From: an uncultured Chloroflexia bacterium
GTDB lineage: Bacteria; Chloroflexota; Anaerolineae; Anaerolineales; UBA11858
NCBI GenBank assembly: GCA_963716695.1
Contig: CAVQTT010000024.1
Coordinates: 51,387 to 115,386, forward strand
Reading direction: 5' to 3'
DNA: 64,000 nt
Under the pieces are notes generated by a model. That model was not told the origin of the DNA, did no database searches, and was given only the letters and a program-made list of their open reading frames with translations. Below are positions 1-9,509 of this stretch, one piece after another; positions within the stretch are counted from its first letter, which is position 1; each line of letters starts with the position of its first letter. A program made the position numbers and the translations under genes.

Positions 1-1
1 G

Positions 2-175
2 CTGCTGGCTGTGATGCACGGAGGCATGCCCCTGGAAGAGGTCGCTCACAGGATGGACACGAACCGAAATGCACTTTATAAGCTGCTGCACGATGCCCGC
101 AAACAAATGCGGAACAGTTTGCAGGAAAAAGGGATGACTCCCCAGGATGTCCTGGATGTCTTTGAAAACCAGTAA
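2..175 (+). CDS. ECF sigma-70 factor, C-terminal region 4 (partial, runs off the window start)
   Basis: Frame-2 translation LLAVMHGGMPLEEVAHRMDTNRNALYKLLHDARKQMR... fits a sigma region 4.2 helix-turn-helix; lies directly upstream of a zinc anti-sigma gene. Confidence 0.8.
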   Translation: MLAVMHGGMPLEEVAHRMDTNRNALYKLLHDARKQMRNSLQEKGMTPQDVLDVFENQ

Positions 176-217
176 GACATATCCAGCAGAAAGCATCCGT
201 ACCTCAGGAGAGAACAA

Positions 218-454
218 ATGAAATTATCCTCTGAAATAATCCGAAAAATGATGAGCTCCGTGAAATCGACCCGGGATCAGGAACTGACCTGCGGGCATTG
301 TTACGATGAACTCGACCATTTTATTGAAATGAATTTACACGGCAAAAACGCCGCAGAAGCGATGCCCCTGGTTAAAGAACATCTCGACCGCTGTGAGGCC
401 TGTCGGGAAGAGTATGAAGTACTGCTAGAAGCTATCCAAGCCATGTTAAGTTAG
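218..454 (+). CDS. Small soluble zinc-binding anti-sigma factor (ZAS, zf-HC2)
   Basis: HLDRCEAC = HxxxCxxC ZAS motif; RBS AGGAG upstream; follows the ECF sigma gene. Confidence 0.75.
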   Translation: MKLSSEIIRKMMSSVKSTRDQELTCGHCYDELDHFIEMNLHGKNAAEAMPLVKEHLDRCEACREEYEVLLEAIQAMLS

Positions 455-477
455 GAGACCTTACCGGTATAACCACC

Positions 478-672
478 ATGACAGAGATTATCAAAGATAC
501 CTGCATCCACTGCTCCAGAACTGACAGCGAAGTGCCGTTGGTGACTCTCAGATTCCAGGGAGGTGAATTCCAGATCTGCACTGAGCATTTCCCGATCTTG
601 ATCCACCGTCCCCAGGAGCTGACGGGGAAACTTCCCGGGGCTGACCGGCTCACAGCAGCTGATCACGATTAA
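478..672 (+). CDS. Small hypothetical protein with CxxC...CxxH putative metal site
   Basis: CIHC and CTEH motifs; co-oriented, 23 bp after the anti-sigma gene. Confidence 0.55.
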   Translation: MTEIIKDTCIHCSRTDSEVPLVTLRFQGGEFQICTEHFPILIHRPQELTGKLPGADRLTAADHD

Positions 673-737
673 GCTCGGTTTTTCCCTGTTACATCCAATT
701 CTGATTTCCATTTAGCACTGAGCCAGGAGCTGATCCT

Positions 738-1463
738 ATGCGCTTGTTGATTATCGTATCCGGAGATTTCGGATTGAGGAATCTGCACAATATCCAGGCC
801 CATGCCCCCGCTGACTGGGTGATCAACACCTGGCAGGCGCCCAGCATTCTTCCCCGCATGATCGATGACCCGGATGACCATCTCCCGGATTCGTTTCCTG
901 ATACTGATCTGATCCTCTCGTTTGCCGAACTTCCAGGTGTCGCAGAACTGCTGCCAGAAATCGCCAAGTCAAGCGGTGCAAAAGCCGTTGTTGTCGCTGT
1001 GAATAACGAAACCTGGCTGCCCCTGGGATTGGCCCGCCAGCTGCGCGGCTGGCTGGAATCCATTAATGTGGCCGCCGCCATGCCAAGACCTCTCTGTTCC
1101 CTGACAGAAAATGATTACGGGGTTACCCGTTATGAGAGGATCGCATTTGACAGCCCGGAAATTGCAGCCTTTGCCCGTTTATTTGGGAAACCGGACCTTA
1201 AGATCGAGGTTGATGAAAATACTCAAACCATCCGATCCGCTGTTGTGGTGAGGGATGCTGTCTGCGGCAATACCCGCCATGTTGCCGAAAAGATCGTTGG
1301 CCTGCCCACCAGCCAGGTGCTTGATAAGGCTGGTTTACTCCACAAACATTTCCCCTGCCTGACCACCATGACCAAACTGGACGACTTCGATCATGAAACC
1401 CTGATGCACGAATCCGGAAACCAGCTGACTTCCAATTTGGCCGCCCAGCTGAACCTGGATTAG
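738..1463 (+). CDS. DUF166 family protein
   Basis: IDDPDDHLP, PRPLCSL, RDAVCG and HKHFPC motifs resemble DUF166; RBS AGGAG upstream. Confidence 0.7.
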   Translation: MRLLIIVSGDFGLRNLHNIQAHAPADWVINTWQAPSILPRMIDDPDDHLPDSFPDTDLILSFAELPGVAELLPEIAKSSGAKAVVVAVNNETWLPLGLARQLRGWLESINVAAAMPRPLCSLTENDYGVTRYERIAFDSPEIAAFARLFGKPDLKIEVDENTQTIRSAVVVRDAVCGNTRHVAEKIVGLPTSQVLDKAGLLHKHFPCLTTMTKLDDFDHETLMHESGNQLTSNLAAQLNLD

Positions 1464-1484
1464 GGAACCTGATCCCTTTTTTTT
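1457..1484 (+). terminator. Intrinsic terminator after DUF166 gene
   Basis: ggattagg-gaa-cctgatcc stem followed by T8. Confidence 0.6.
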
Positions 1485-1589
1485 ATCTAACAATACCCCA
1501 AGACATCCTTTTCGTATGACAGCTGGTCCTAAAAAGATGCCCCCAGTGTGTTGTATAATGCACACAGAAAGTCAACTTGAAGGATTGGC

Positions 1590-3296
1590 ATGCGATCCCT
1601 CCCCCGTTTGCTGTTGATAATTTTTGGGCTGATTTTAGCTGGCGGCATCTGGTTAACCGCCGGCCCGGTCAGCGCCCACCCCCTATCAGATCTCAGCCAA
1701 ACTCCCTCCAGCGAGAGACCCCCACCGCTGCCAACGATCTACCCTCCCTCACAGGCGGGTAACGGCGCCCAGGTCTACTGGGGCATGTGCCAGGACTGCC
1801 ACGGGGACCAGGGGCAGGGCCTGACCGCCGAGTGGCGGGCAGGGTTCGCGCCGGATTACCAGGACTGCTGGGCCTCCGGCTGCCACGGGGAATCGCGGCC
1901 GGACAACAGCTTCCTGATCCCCGCATCCGGCGCGCCCGGCCTGGCAGGGCCAGGCGCCCTGCCTCGTTTCAGAACAGCATTTGAATTGGGCTCCTATATC
2001 CAGGATGCCATGCCGCTCTCCCCTTCCGGGTCAATCACCCCCGATCAGGCCTGGGAATTGACCGCTTACCTGCTCTCGCTCAACAACGCGGATCCACCTC
2101 AAATCCAACTCTCTGGAAAAACCGGGGCTGCGATTCCAATCCATGGAGAAGTCACCCTTCCAGAAAGTGAGCTGCCCGGGGGCCTGCTTTTGGCCCTGGT
2201 ATTATTTCTGGCGGCAGTTGGGGTCGGGAGAGGCCTAACCCAAAAATACCCCTCAAAAACCAAATCCGGGCGGGAAAACTTTTATCATCATTTGCATTCC
2301 CCCAGGATCCCTGTCAAACAGGCTTCTTTCAAATTTACTCTGGGAGCAGGGGGGTTGGCGGTATTCTTCTGCCTGGTGTTATTGATCACCGGCGCCCTGG
2401 AAATGTACTATTATATTCCGACGCCCGAAAAAGCGGCTGAATCTATTCAGGTCATCACCAGCCTGGTTCCATATGGCAATCTGGTCCGCAATCTGCATTA
2501 CTGGTCAGCCCAACTTTTAGTCATCACACTGATGGTGCACCTGCTGAGGGTCATCCTGACCGGTTCCTACGCCCCTCCCCGGAGTTTCAACTACCTGCTG
2601 GGTTTGATCCTGTTGGTAGTGGTTTTGCTGCTCGATTTTACTGGTTATGTGCTACGCTGGGATGAAGGCATCCGTTGGGCCCTGGTAGTCGGCACCAACC
2701 TGTTAAAGACCATCCCGGGAGTAGGAGAAGGCTTGTACAGCTTTCTGATCGGAGGATCAGAACCCGGCCTGGCAGCCTTGACCCGTTTTTACAGCTGGCA
2801 TATCTATGGTTTAACCCTGGGCGCAGCAGGCGTGGGAGCCTGGCATATATTTAAAGTCCGTCGGGACGGAGGTATCAGCAGCCCGCCACCACCCCGGGGC
2901 GAGATCCTGGAAAAAGTTCCCCGGGCTGCCCTGGTCAAAAAAGAAGTATTGGCCATGTTGATCACTGGAGGTATTCTGCTGCTGCTATCCATGATCATTC
3001 CCGCACCGATCGCAGGGCCGATCACAGATGGTAGGGGAATGATCGGGGATTCGCAGGCTCCCTGGTTTTTCATCTGGATCCAACAAACATTAAAATGGGG
3101 TGATCCATTCTGGTGGGGAATTGGCCTGCCCTTGTTCTTGGTGCTGATCCTGGGTCTGCTCCCCTATATTCTGCCCAATGCCAGACCTGAAGAGCTGGGA
3201 AGCTGGTTTCCATCCGGTAATCGGGCCGGCCAGATCCTGGGAAGCCTGATCATCGGGTTGATTTTTTTTCTGACCATTCTGGGTTGGGTCCGGTAG
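1590..3296 (+). CDS. Cytochrome c domain fused to cytochrome b (bc/b6-type, including a subunit IV-like C-terminus)
   Basis: Signal peptide; CQDCH and CWASGCH; cytochrome b His pairs RNLHYW..VHLLR and SWHIY..WHIFK; FTGYVLRWD; APWFF at the PEWY position. Confidence 0.85.
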   Translation: MRSLPRLLLIIFGLILAGGIWLTAGPVSAHPLSDLSQTPSSERPPPLPTIYPPSQAGNGAQVYWGMCQDCHGDQGQGLTAEWRAGFAPDYQDCWASGCHGESRPDNSFLIPASGAPGLAGPGALPRFRTAFELGSYIQDAMPLSPSGSITPDQAWELTAYLLSLNNADPPQIQLSGKTGAAIPIHGEVTLPESELPGGLLLALVLFLAAVGVGRGLTQKYPSKTKSGRENFYHHLHSPRIPVKQASFKFTLGAGGLAVFFCLVLLITGALEMYYYIPTPEKAAESIQVITSLVPYGNLVRNLHYWSAQLLVITLMVHLLRVILTGSYAPPRSFNYLLGLILLVVVLLLDFTGYVLRWDEGIRWALVVGTNLLKTIPGVGEGLYSFLIGGSEPGLAALTRFYSWHIYGLTLGAAGVGAWHIFKVRRDGGISSPPPPRGEILEKVPRAALVKKEVLAMLITGGILLLLSMIIPAPIAGPITDGRGMIGDSQAPWFFIWIQQTLKWGDPFWWGIGLPLFLVLILGLLPYILPNARPEELGSWFPSGNRAGQILGSLIIGLIFFLTILGWVR

Positions 3297-3306
3297 GTAT
3301 TTGACT

Positions 3307-3738
3307 ATGGCTCAAGATAATAATTTGTCGCGAAGGGGTTTTATCCAGGGGGGGGGTCGGATGCTGTTCTGGCTGGCGGGCGTCCTGGGTTTGGGGGGTT
3401 TGATCCGATATTTCAGCCATCAACCTGAAGCTGGACATCCCAGCAGATTCGATCTCGGACCTCTGGATGAGCTGCCAGGTGAGGGACCGATCCTCTATCC
3501 AAATATCCCCGCTGCTGTTTTCCGGGCAGGGAATGATTTCAGAGCCTTGAGCCTGGTGTGTTCCCATTTAGGCTGCACCCTGGAAGCTGCTGAAAGCGGG
3601 TTCAGCTGTCCCTGCCATGGGTCAAAATTCTCGACTGAGGGCAGGGTGATCAGCGGCCCGGCCCTGGCGGACCTTCCTGATCTGGACCTGGAAATCACTA
3701 CGGATGGCCACTTGATCCTCACCCGGAGAGATAACTAA
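3307..3738 (+). CDS. Rieske [2Fe-2S] protein, Tat-exported
   Basis: SRRGFI twin-arginine signal; CSHLGC and CPCHGSKF Rieske boxes. Confidence 0.92.
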   Translation: MAQDNNLSRRGFIQGGGRMLFWLAGVLGLGGLIRYFSHQPEAGHPSRFDLGPLDELPGEGPILYPNIPAAVFRAGNDFRALSLVCSHLGCTLEAAESGFSCPCHGSKFSTEGRVISGPALADLPDLDLEITTDGHLILTRRDN

Positions 3739-3740
3739 CC

Positions 3741-4650
3741 ATGAAACAGCCCTGGAAATCGATCCTGGGAATTCTGGGAGGGATTTTCATCCTGGCCCTT
3801 CTGGCCGGATTGGCCCTTTACGGCCTGGGAGAATACCGCCTGGAAAAGAAGTATTCCTCCGCACCTGTCCTGATATCGATTCCGGCTGACCAGCCAGATC
3901 TCCTGGAAGGGCAGCGGATCTTTCGCTACCGGGGATGTGAGGCCTGCCACGGCGAAGAGCTCCAGGGATTGGTTTACCTCGCTAACCCGGCTGTGGGGCA
4001 GGTGATCACACCCAATCTCACGACCGGCAGGGGAGGGATCGGGGGGGAGCGCACCGATCTCGATCTGGTCCGGGCCGTCAAATACGGACTAAAACCTGAT
4101 GGAACTCCGCTGTTATTTATGCCCTCAACTGAGTTCTATTATCTCTCTGATCCGGATCTGGGCCTGGTTCTGGCTTATATCCGCAGCCTGCCCCCGGTTG
4201 ATAACCAGCCGGCTCCCAGCCAGCTCTCACCGACCGGATTTATCGTCATGAACCTGACCAGGGCGATCACTTTTCTGCCGGCAGAATTGATCCCTATGGA
4301 TCAAGATCCTCCTCAAGCGCCGGATCCGGGATTGACAGTTGAATATGGAGCCTACCTGGCTTTATCCTGTCCGGTTTGTCATGGCCTGGGTTTATCTGGG
4401 GGTGAGATTCCCGGGTTTCCCCTTGAATGGCCGGCAGCCGGCAACCTGACTTCCGGGCCAGGGGGCCGTCTCCCAACCTGGGGAGAAACTGGATTTATTG
4501 AGATCATGCGCCAGGGCGAAAAACACGGCCGGGCCCTGCATCCGGATTATATGCCCTGGACTTCCTACCGGCACATGACCGACCTCGAGCTGGAGAGCAG
4601 TATACCTGTATCTGGTATCGCTCCCCCCCAGTGTTTTTGGGTCCCACTAA
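3741..4650 (+). CDS. Membrane-anchored diheme cytochrome c (apparent +1 frameshift near 4593)
   Basis: CEACH and CPVCH; repeated NLT...MP motifs; removing one base near 4593 gives ...AVYLYLVSLPPSVFGSH* ending at 4650, paralleling AYIRSLPP of the first domain. Confidence 0.8.
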
Positions 4651-4673
4651 ATTCAACTATGCTCTCCTTAAAC

Positions 4674-4702
4674 AAAAAAGGGACACCGTGTTTGGTGTCC
4701 CT
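4674..4702 (-). terminator. Intrinsic terminator between convergent units
   Basis: agggacacc/ggtgtccct inverted repeat with an A6 tract on the left (U-tract on the minus strand). Confidence 0.7.
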
Positions 4703-4873
4703 GGTGGTTATGTGGGGAATTCGTTAGGCTTCCCCCACGACACAGGTCTCGCTCGGATTTCAATGAAGTGCCGGATCACTGGTTACAGCATTACGAAATC
4801 AGATTGAGAGAAGCGCTTAAAGGCAACGGCCTCTCTCGATCATGGGGAATTATTCTAAACCGCTGCCAATCAG

Positions 4874-6829
4874 TCAGGGTGACCGAAACCCGAAATTATC
4901 GAAGCGGACATCGGTTATCTCTGAGCCCGAACCACCTGCGCCAAAACCTACATCTCCCTCGAGGATCTTGAGCGGAGCAGCGGAAAGGATTTGAGTTCCA
5001 TCAACATAAACAGTCAGCTCGGATCCGATGCAATCCAATTGGTAGTGATTCTGACCGGGGATCAGACCTGTTGGGAAGTCCTCGATCAGAATAACCTGTT
5101 CACCTTCAAAGAACGCAGCCACCACCAGCGAGCCATCGCCTTCGATTTCTGCATAGTAGAAGTTGTCGTTATCTTGGTAGCGGCAGATCAGATAGATCCC
5201 TGCGCTTGTCGACCCGGAAACCCGGTCAACATCAACCTCAACCTGCACATCACCGATGATTTGGCCAGACACTGCGGTGAGATGGAGATGCCCAATGCCG
5301 TCCGTGGTGTAAATTGAAGATATATCACCTTCGATATCCAGCTGGACATAGGTCAAAATATTATTGCCCAGAGGCTCGTTGACCTGGAAAATACTGTAGA
5401 GCGTGGTGAAATTGTATCTGCCTGTGAACAAAGATTGTTTGGTAAACTCCAACTGCCACAGACCTCCGGCAATATCGACATTGAACTTGTCCGATTCGGT
5501 ACTGGGAAGCAGATTTTCTATAGTCTCGACGAAGGCTGGCACATCCAGATCCCAGGTCCCGATCAGGCACTCGTCACAGGCGAGTTCCTCATCCGGGATC
5601 ATCGATAATTCGATCGCAAAGTTCCCCCCGCTGGCAGGAGCGCTGGTGAGGAGAACGTAATAGGTCACCGGACCACATCCAGCGATGACTTTTTCGGGCA
5701 GATCGGTCCAGACTGGCAAACCGACATCGAGACGGGCAGCGTCATATCCCTCTGCCGAACCGGTGATAACTCGAGAATTATTATAGGAATGACCCTCTGC
5801 AAATGTTATTTCGTAGCGGGATAAAACAAACGGTTTGGCATCGAGAGTACGGATATTGGCTTCTTTGACAACTATCTTGTGGTCAGCCTGGATATAGGCT
5901 GGCAGGGTCGGGATGGTTTGTTTGGATGTGTCGATAATCGTTTCATCCATCACTGCCCGGCCAAAATCATGAAAGATGGCCTGGATATTGGGATAACTAC
6001 CCAGGGCGGCTGCCTGGGCGGCCACATTCCCCTGGACAGGCATCGCTTTGATAATGTTGAGCACTCCAGCGTCTCCTTGCTGGTTGGCTATGTACTGGAA
6101 GAAGAGGAAGTTATCGTATGCCATTTCGGTCAGCGGCGTATCCGCCGAACGATAAACGAAGCTGGGTGTCCAGTCCCACTCGATATTGATACCTGGGTAG
6201 ACTACATTGCTGAAATAGGTCGCGGTGCCCTCGCCCCACCAATCCTGTACTCCCCAATCTGCGTCAGCTTGGGCAGGGAAGTTCCAGACCTGGTAGCAGT
6301 GGAACATTTCATGGGCGATGGTCTGGAGAAAACGCCCGAATGCCGCGCCGCTGGCTGCAGTTCGGCTGCCCTCGATCGACTGCAATGCCAGGTAGCTTTC
6401 CCCAAATTTTTCGATTTTCACTGCTTCATCATCATACTGGGAGAAATGCCTTTCCTCGTCAGCTACCAGGCCTTCAAAGACCTGTCGAGATCCCGCATCG
6501 TTGTTTGAGGAGCATTCGTTGGCCCAGATATTATAGTCCCTGGCGCTGTCCTCTTCCATCTTCCGGCTCTGCTCGAGCATTATTTTGACATCCTGGACTT
6601 TCTTGACCTCTGCTGCGGCTACCATCTCAACATCACCATTCAAGAAAATGATCCGCTCTGCACAGCGTTCGATATGTGTCATTTCCTCGATCGCGGTTCT
6701 GATGAACAGGGCTGCCAAGAGATCAAATCCCTGATCCTCACAATGGAAGTGAAAATACATGTACTGGTGCACGGCATATAATTCATCCGCGACTGCTTTG
6801 TTCAGCAGTTCAATGCTTTTTTCATACAT
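4874..6829 (-). CDS. bfr: Bacterioferritin (aa 1-~163) fused in frame to a HEXXH gluzincin-like region and a C-terminal beta-sandwich (LamG/DUF1080-like) domain; possibly chimeric
   Basis: DEL, EEMTH, EE and DEERH ferroxidase ligands with heme Met; then AHEMFH...WWGEG; then GIYLICRYQDNDNFYY...VRFDNF; RBS AAGGAG upstream. Confidence 0.65.
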   Translation of the reverse strand: MYEKSIELLNKAVADELYAVHQYMYFHFHCEDQGFDLLAALFIRTAIEEMTHIERCAERIIFLNGDVEMVAAAEVKKVQDVKIMLEQSRKMEEDSARDYNIWANECSSNNDAGSRQVFEGLVADEERHFSQYDDEAVKIEKFGESYLALQSIEGSRTAASGAAFGRFLQTIAHEMFHCYQVWNFPAQADADWGVQDWWGEGTATYFSNVVYPGINIEWDWTPSFVYRSADTPLTEMAYDNFLFFQYIANQQGDAGVLNIIKAMPVQGNVAAQAAALGSYPNIQAIFHDFGRAVMDETIIDTSKQTIPTLPAYIQADHKIVVKEANIRTLDAKPFVLSRYEITFAEGHSYNNSRVITGSAEGYDAARLDVGLPVWTDLPEKVIAGCGPVTYYVLLTSAPASGGNFAIELSMIPDEELACDECLIGTWDLDVPAFVETIENLLPSTESDKFNVDIAGGLWQLEFTKQSLFTGRYNFTTLYSIFQVNEPLGNNILTYVQLDIEGDISSIYTTDGIGHLHLTAVSGQIIGDVQVEVDVDRVSGSTSAGIYLICRYQDNDNFYYAEIEGDGSLVVAAFFEGEQVILIEDFPTGLIPGQNHYQLDCIGSELTVYVDGTQILSAAPLKILEGDVGFGAGGSGSEITDVRFDNFGFRSP

Positions 6830-6925
6830 AGTTTCTCCTTATTTTATCTATAACCTGATTATAACAAATTTTGAGCACTGGTATTTATTGGAGCAGTTGC
6901 TCCCGACCAAAGGCATCCGGAATTC

Positions 6926-7567
6926 TTATCCTGCTAACAAGATCTCCGGTTGGTCCGCGGTTCGCTGGAATTTTTCATAGAATTTTCCGGCGTGTAATCC
7001 GTCCATCACGGCGTGATGGCCCTGGACAGAGAGCGGCATAACGGTCCTCGAACCCACCTGGCGGTACTTCCCCCAGGCAAACCGGGGCACGGAATCAGCC
7101 GGGTTCAACTTCAGGGGATGTGTAAAATCCGTAAAGGACACCCAGGGAATTGAGGTCATAAAAAGCATCCGGTCATCTGGGTATTTTTCCTCGATGGTTG
7201 GCTGGTCCTTCACCCGGGTTATTTCAGCAGCCGCATCTCGGGTGAACGCTCTAAAATCGGGCTGGTAATCGACTGTACAAAAGGTGAACAGCTCATCCCG
7301 ACTCAGGATCGTCGCCGAGGGATGCACGATCTCATGTTCAATGGGGTCTCCCTCCCGAACCCTCTGCCGGAATTCCGGGATTTCATTGGCGGATCGGGCG
7401 ACGAGATACATGATCGCCGCTGTAAAAGATATCCCCTGGGCTTTTACTTGGGGCAGCAGAGCTGTAAGATCAACCTCGGCTGTGAGGCTGAAATAAGGAT
7501 ATTCAAAGTCCTTAAAATACAGGTAGTGTTCCCTGCGGGACCAATTCTCCAGTTGGATCGTTTTCAT
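6926..7567 (-). CDS. cat: Type A chloramphenicol acetyltransferase-like protein
   Basis: WSRREHY, SIPWVSFT, PRFAWGKY and catalytic HHAVMDGLH; start chosen at MKTIQ after GGAGG. Confidence 0.85.
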   Translation of the reverse strand: MKTIQLENWSRREHYLYFKDFEYPYFSLTAEVDLTALLPQVKAQGISFTAAIMYLVARSANEIPEFRQRVREGDPIEHEIVHPSATILSRDELFTFCTVDYQPDFRAFTRDAAAEITRVKDQPTIEEKYPDDRMLFMTSIPWVSFTDFTHPLKLNPADSVPRFAWGKYRQVGSRTVMPLSVQGHHAVMDGLHAGKFYEKFQRTADQPEILLAG

Positions 7568-7633
7568 AACATATCGCCTCCCTGGCCTAACACAATCATA
7601 TCCTTTTTTCTGCCGGAATTGAAACACCAAACC

Positions 7634-7662
7634 AAAAACCCGCCGGGGTAGGAGGCGGGTTT
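7634..7662 (-). terminator. Intrinsic terminator after arsM
   Basis: aaacccgcc/ggcgggttt inverted repeat with A-tract. Confidence 0.6.
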
Positions 7663-7684
7663 GAGATCGGAAACTTGGATATGT

Positions 7685-8473
7685 TTATTTTTGAGCCTCA
7701 ATCGTTGCCGAAAGCACATAATCCTCGATCGGCACTCCGGGGGTCCATTTATTGATGAACTCCCTGCTCTCGTCTTTGGGGTTGATCCGAATTGCTTTAA
7801 AACCAGCCTGTTCCAGGATCCCCCGCAGCTCATCCACCTGGAGTGCGCCAGCTACGCAGGAAGAATACAGGGCGAGATCGGCCTTCATTTCCGGCGGAAG
7901 TTCGACCGAGGCTACCATATCAGAGATTGCCAGACGCCCTCCGGTTTTCAGCACCCGATAGGCCTCATTAAATACTGCCTGTTTGTCCGGGGAAAGGTTG
8001 ATCACGCAGTTGGAGAGGATCACATCGATTGTATGATCATCAACAGGAAGTTCTTCAATCTGTCCTAAACGAAATTCAACATTTTCAAAAGAACCCTTGG
8101 CTGCATTTTCCTCCGCCCGGTGGATCATGTCCGGAGTCATATCCACGCCAATCACCTTTCCGGAGGGGCCGATCTGCCTGGCTGCCAGGAAGCTATCAAA
8201 CCCCGCTCCACTGCCCAGGTCAAGCACAACCTCTCCCTCTTTTAGATCTGCAATGGCCTGGGGATTGCCGCAGCCCAGGCCCATATTTGCTCCAACAGGC
8301 ACACTGGCCAATTCCTGGTCTGAATAGCCCATCAGGGAAGATTGTTTTTCCGGTTGGATCAATTCAAAGGGGTCGATCAGATCGCCCCCGCAGCAGGATG
8401 TTCCCTCCCGGGCAATATCTCCATATCTGGTCTTGACTGCTTCGCGAATTTCGTCCTCTCGGGGACTGCTCAT
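7685..8473 (-). CDS. arsM: Arsenite S-adenosylmethionine methyltransferase
   Basis: N-terminal CC, GLGCGNP, VLDLGSGAGFD, SNCVINL and SCVAGA motifs. Confidence 0.9.
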   Translation of the reverse strand: MSSPREDEIREAVKTRYGDIAREGTSCCGGDLIDPFELIQPEKQSSLMGYSDQELASVPVGANMGLGCGNPQAIADLKEGEVVLDLGSGAGFDSFLAARQIGPSGKVIGVDMTPDMIHRAEENAAKGSFENVEFRLGQIEELPVDDHTIDVILSNCVINLSPDKQAVFNEAYRVLKTGGRLAISDMVASVELPPEMKADLALYSSCVAGALQVDELRGILEQAGFKAIRINPKDESREFINKWTPGVPIEDYVLSATIEAQK

Positions 8474-8525
8474 AATTGTGCTCCCTAAATTTCCTGCATT
8501 ATATCAGGGATGGAAGGATCCACCC

Positions 8526-9011
8526 TCAGAATTTTTTCTGATAGACATGGCAGTAAGGCTGTTGATTCTTCTTGACGTAATAATCCTGGTGATAATCCTC
8601 CGCCACCCAGAATTTTTCAGCCTGGATGAGCTTGGTTACCACGTCATAACCTTTCTCCTTCAGTAAATCGATCAGGTTTTGGGCCGTTGCCATCTCAGAA
8701 TCACTGGAGTAAAAAACAGCCGAAAGATACTGGGGGCCGAGATCCGGTCCCTGCCCGTTAGCCTGGGTGGGGTCATGGATCTCAAAAAAGAACCGGGTGA
8801 GCTCTTCATAACTTACCCGATCCGGATCATAGCTGATCTCAACAGCTTCCAAATGTCCGCTGGTTTTAGTCAACACATCCTGGTAGGTAGGGGACTCCAG
8901 CGTGCCGCCCATATACCCGGAAACAGCATTAATTACTCCTGGTTTGCTTTGGAAGAGGTGTTCAACGCCCCAGAAACAACCTCCTGCGTAATATGCTTTG
9001 GCCTGGTTCAT
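8526..9011 (-). CDS. msrA: Peptide-methionine (S)-S-oxide reductase
   Basis: AGGCFWG, GHLEAV, HDPT, AEDYHQDY, YCH. Confidence 0.95.
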   Translation of the reverse strand: MNQAKAYYAGGCFWGVEHLFQSKPGVINAVSGYMGGTLESPTYQDVLTKTSGHLEAVEISYDPDRVSYEELTRFFFEIHDPTQANGQGPDLGPQYLSAVFYSSDSEMATAQNLIDLLKEKGYDVVTKLIQAEKFWVAEDYHQDYYVKKNQQPYCHVYQKKF

Positions 9012-9012
9012 A

Positions 9013-9381
9013 TCAATTCTCCGCTTTAAACACTAATGAAATTGAGTTTACACAGTGACGGGTATTTTTTGGAGTCAGCTGTTCACCCAGGAATACATGG
9101 CCCAGGTGCCCGCCGCAGTTGGTGCAGGTAATTTCGGTTCTCCGCCCATCGGGATCTTTCTTCCGCGTAACTGCGCCTGTAACCTCGTCATCAAAGCTGG
9201 GCCAGCCGCAGCCGGATTTGAATTTATCAACCCCCTGGTACAGAAGGGCATCACATTGGCGGCAGTGATATGCTCCCTGTTCATAAAAATTATCAAATTC
9301 TCCGCTGAAGGCCCGCTCGGTTCCTTTGTGCAGGATCACCCGCTGCTCTTCAGGAGTTAAACTGCGATAGTCTTTAGTCAT
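9013..9381 (-). CDS. msrB: Peptide-methionine (R)-S-oxide reductase
   Basis: [35 protein letters not shown]. Confidence 0.95.
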   Translation of the reverse strand: MTKDYRSLTPEEQRVILHKGTERAFSGEFDNFYEQGAYHCRQCDALLYQGVDKFKSGCGWPSFDDEVTGAVTRKKDPDGRRTEITCTNCGGHLGHVFLGEQLTPKNTRHCVNSISLVFKAEN

Positions 9382-9509
9382 ATCCACCTCTCCGATTTTG
9401 ACGCAGATCAATCACCAAAAATCCATTATACATGTGGATCTCTAACCTGATTGTTAATCCTGTATTTATTATTTGGGATCTGTACCTTAGTTTAAGATTA
9501 GCCATAGTC

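Noticed and set aside
4651-4738. Possible integron attC site (minus-strand GCCTAAC ... GTTGAAT with hairpins) beside a run of small accessory-type genes
   Set aside because: The two core sites are not complementary, the hairpin is explained by a terminator, no similar sites lie between the other genes and no integrase is present
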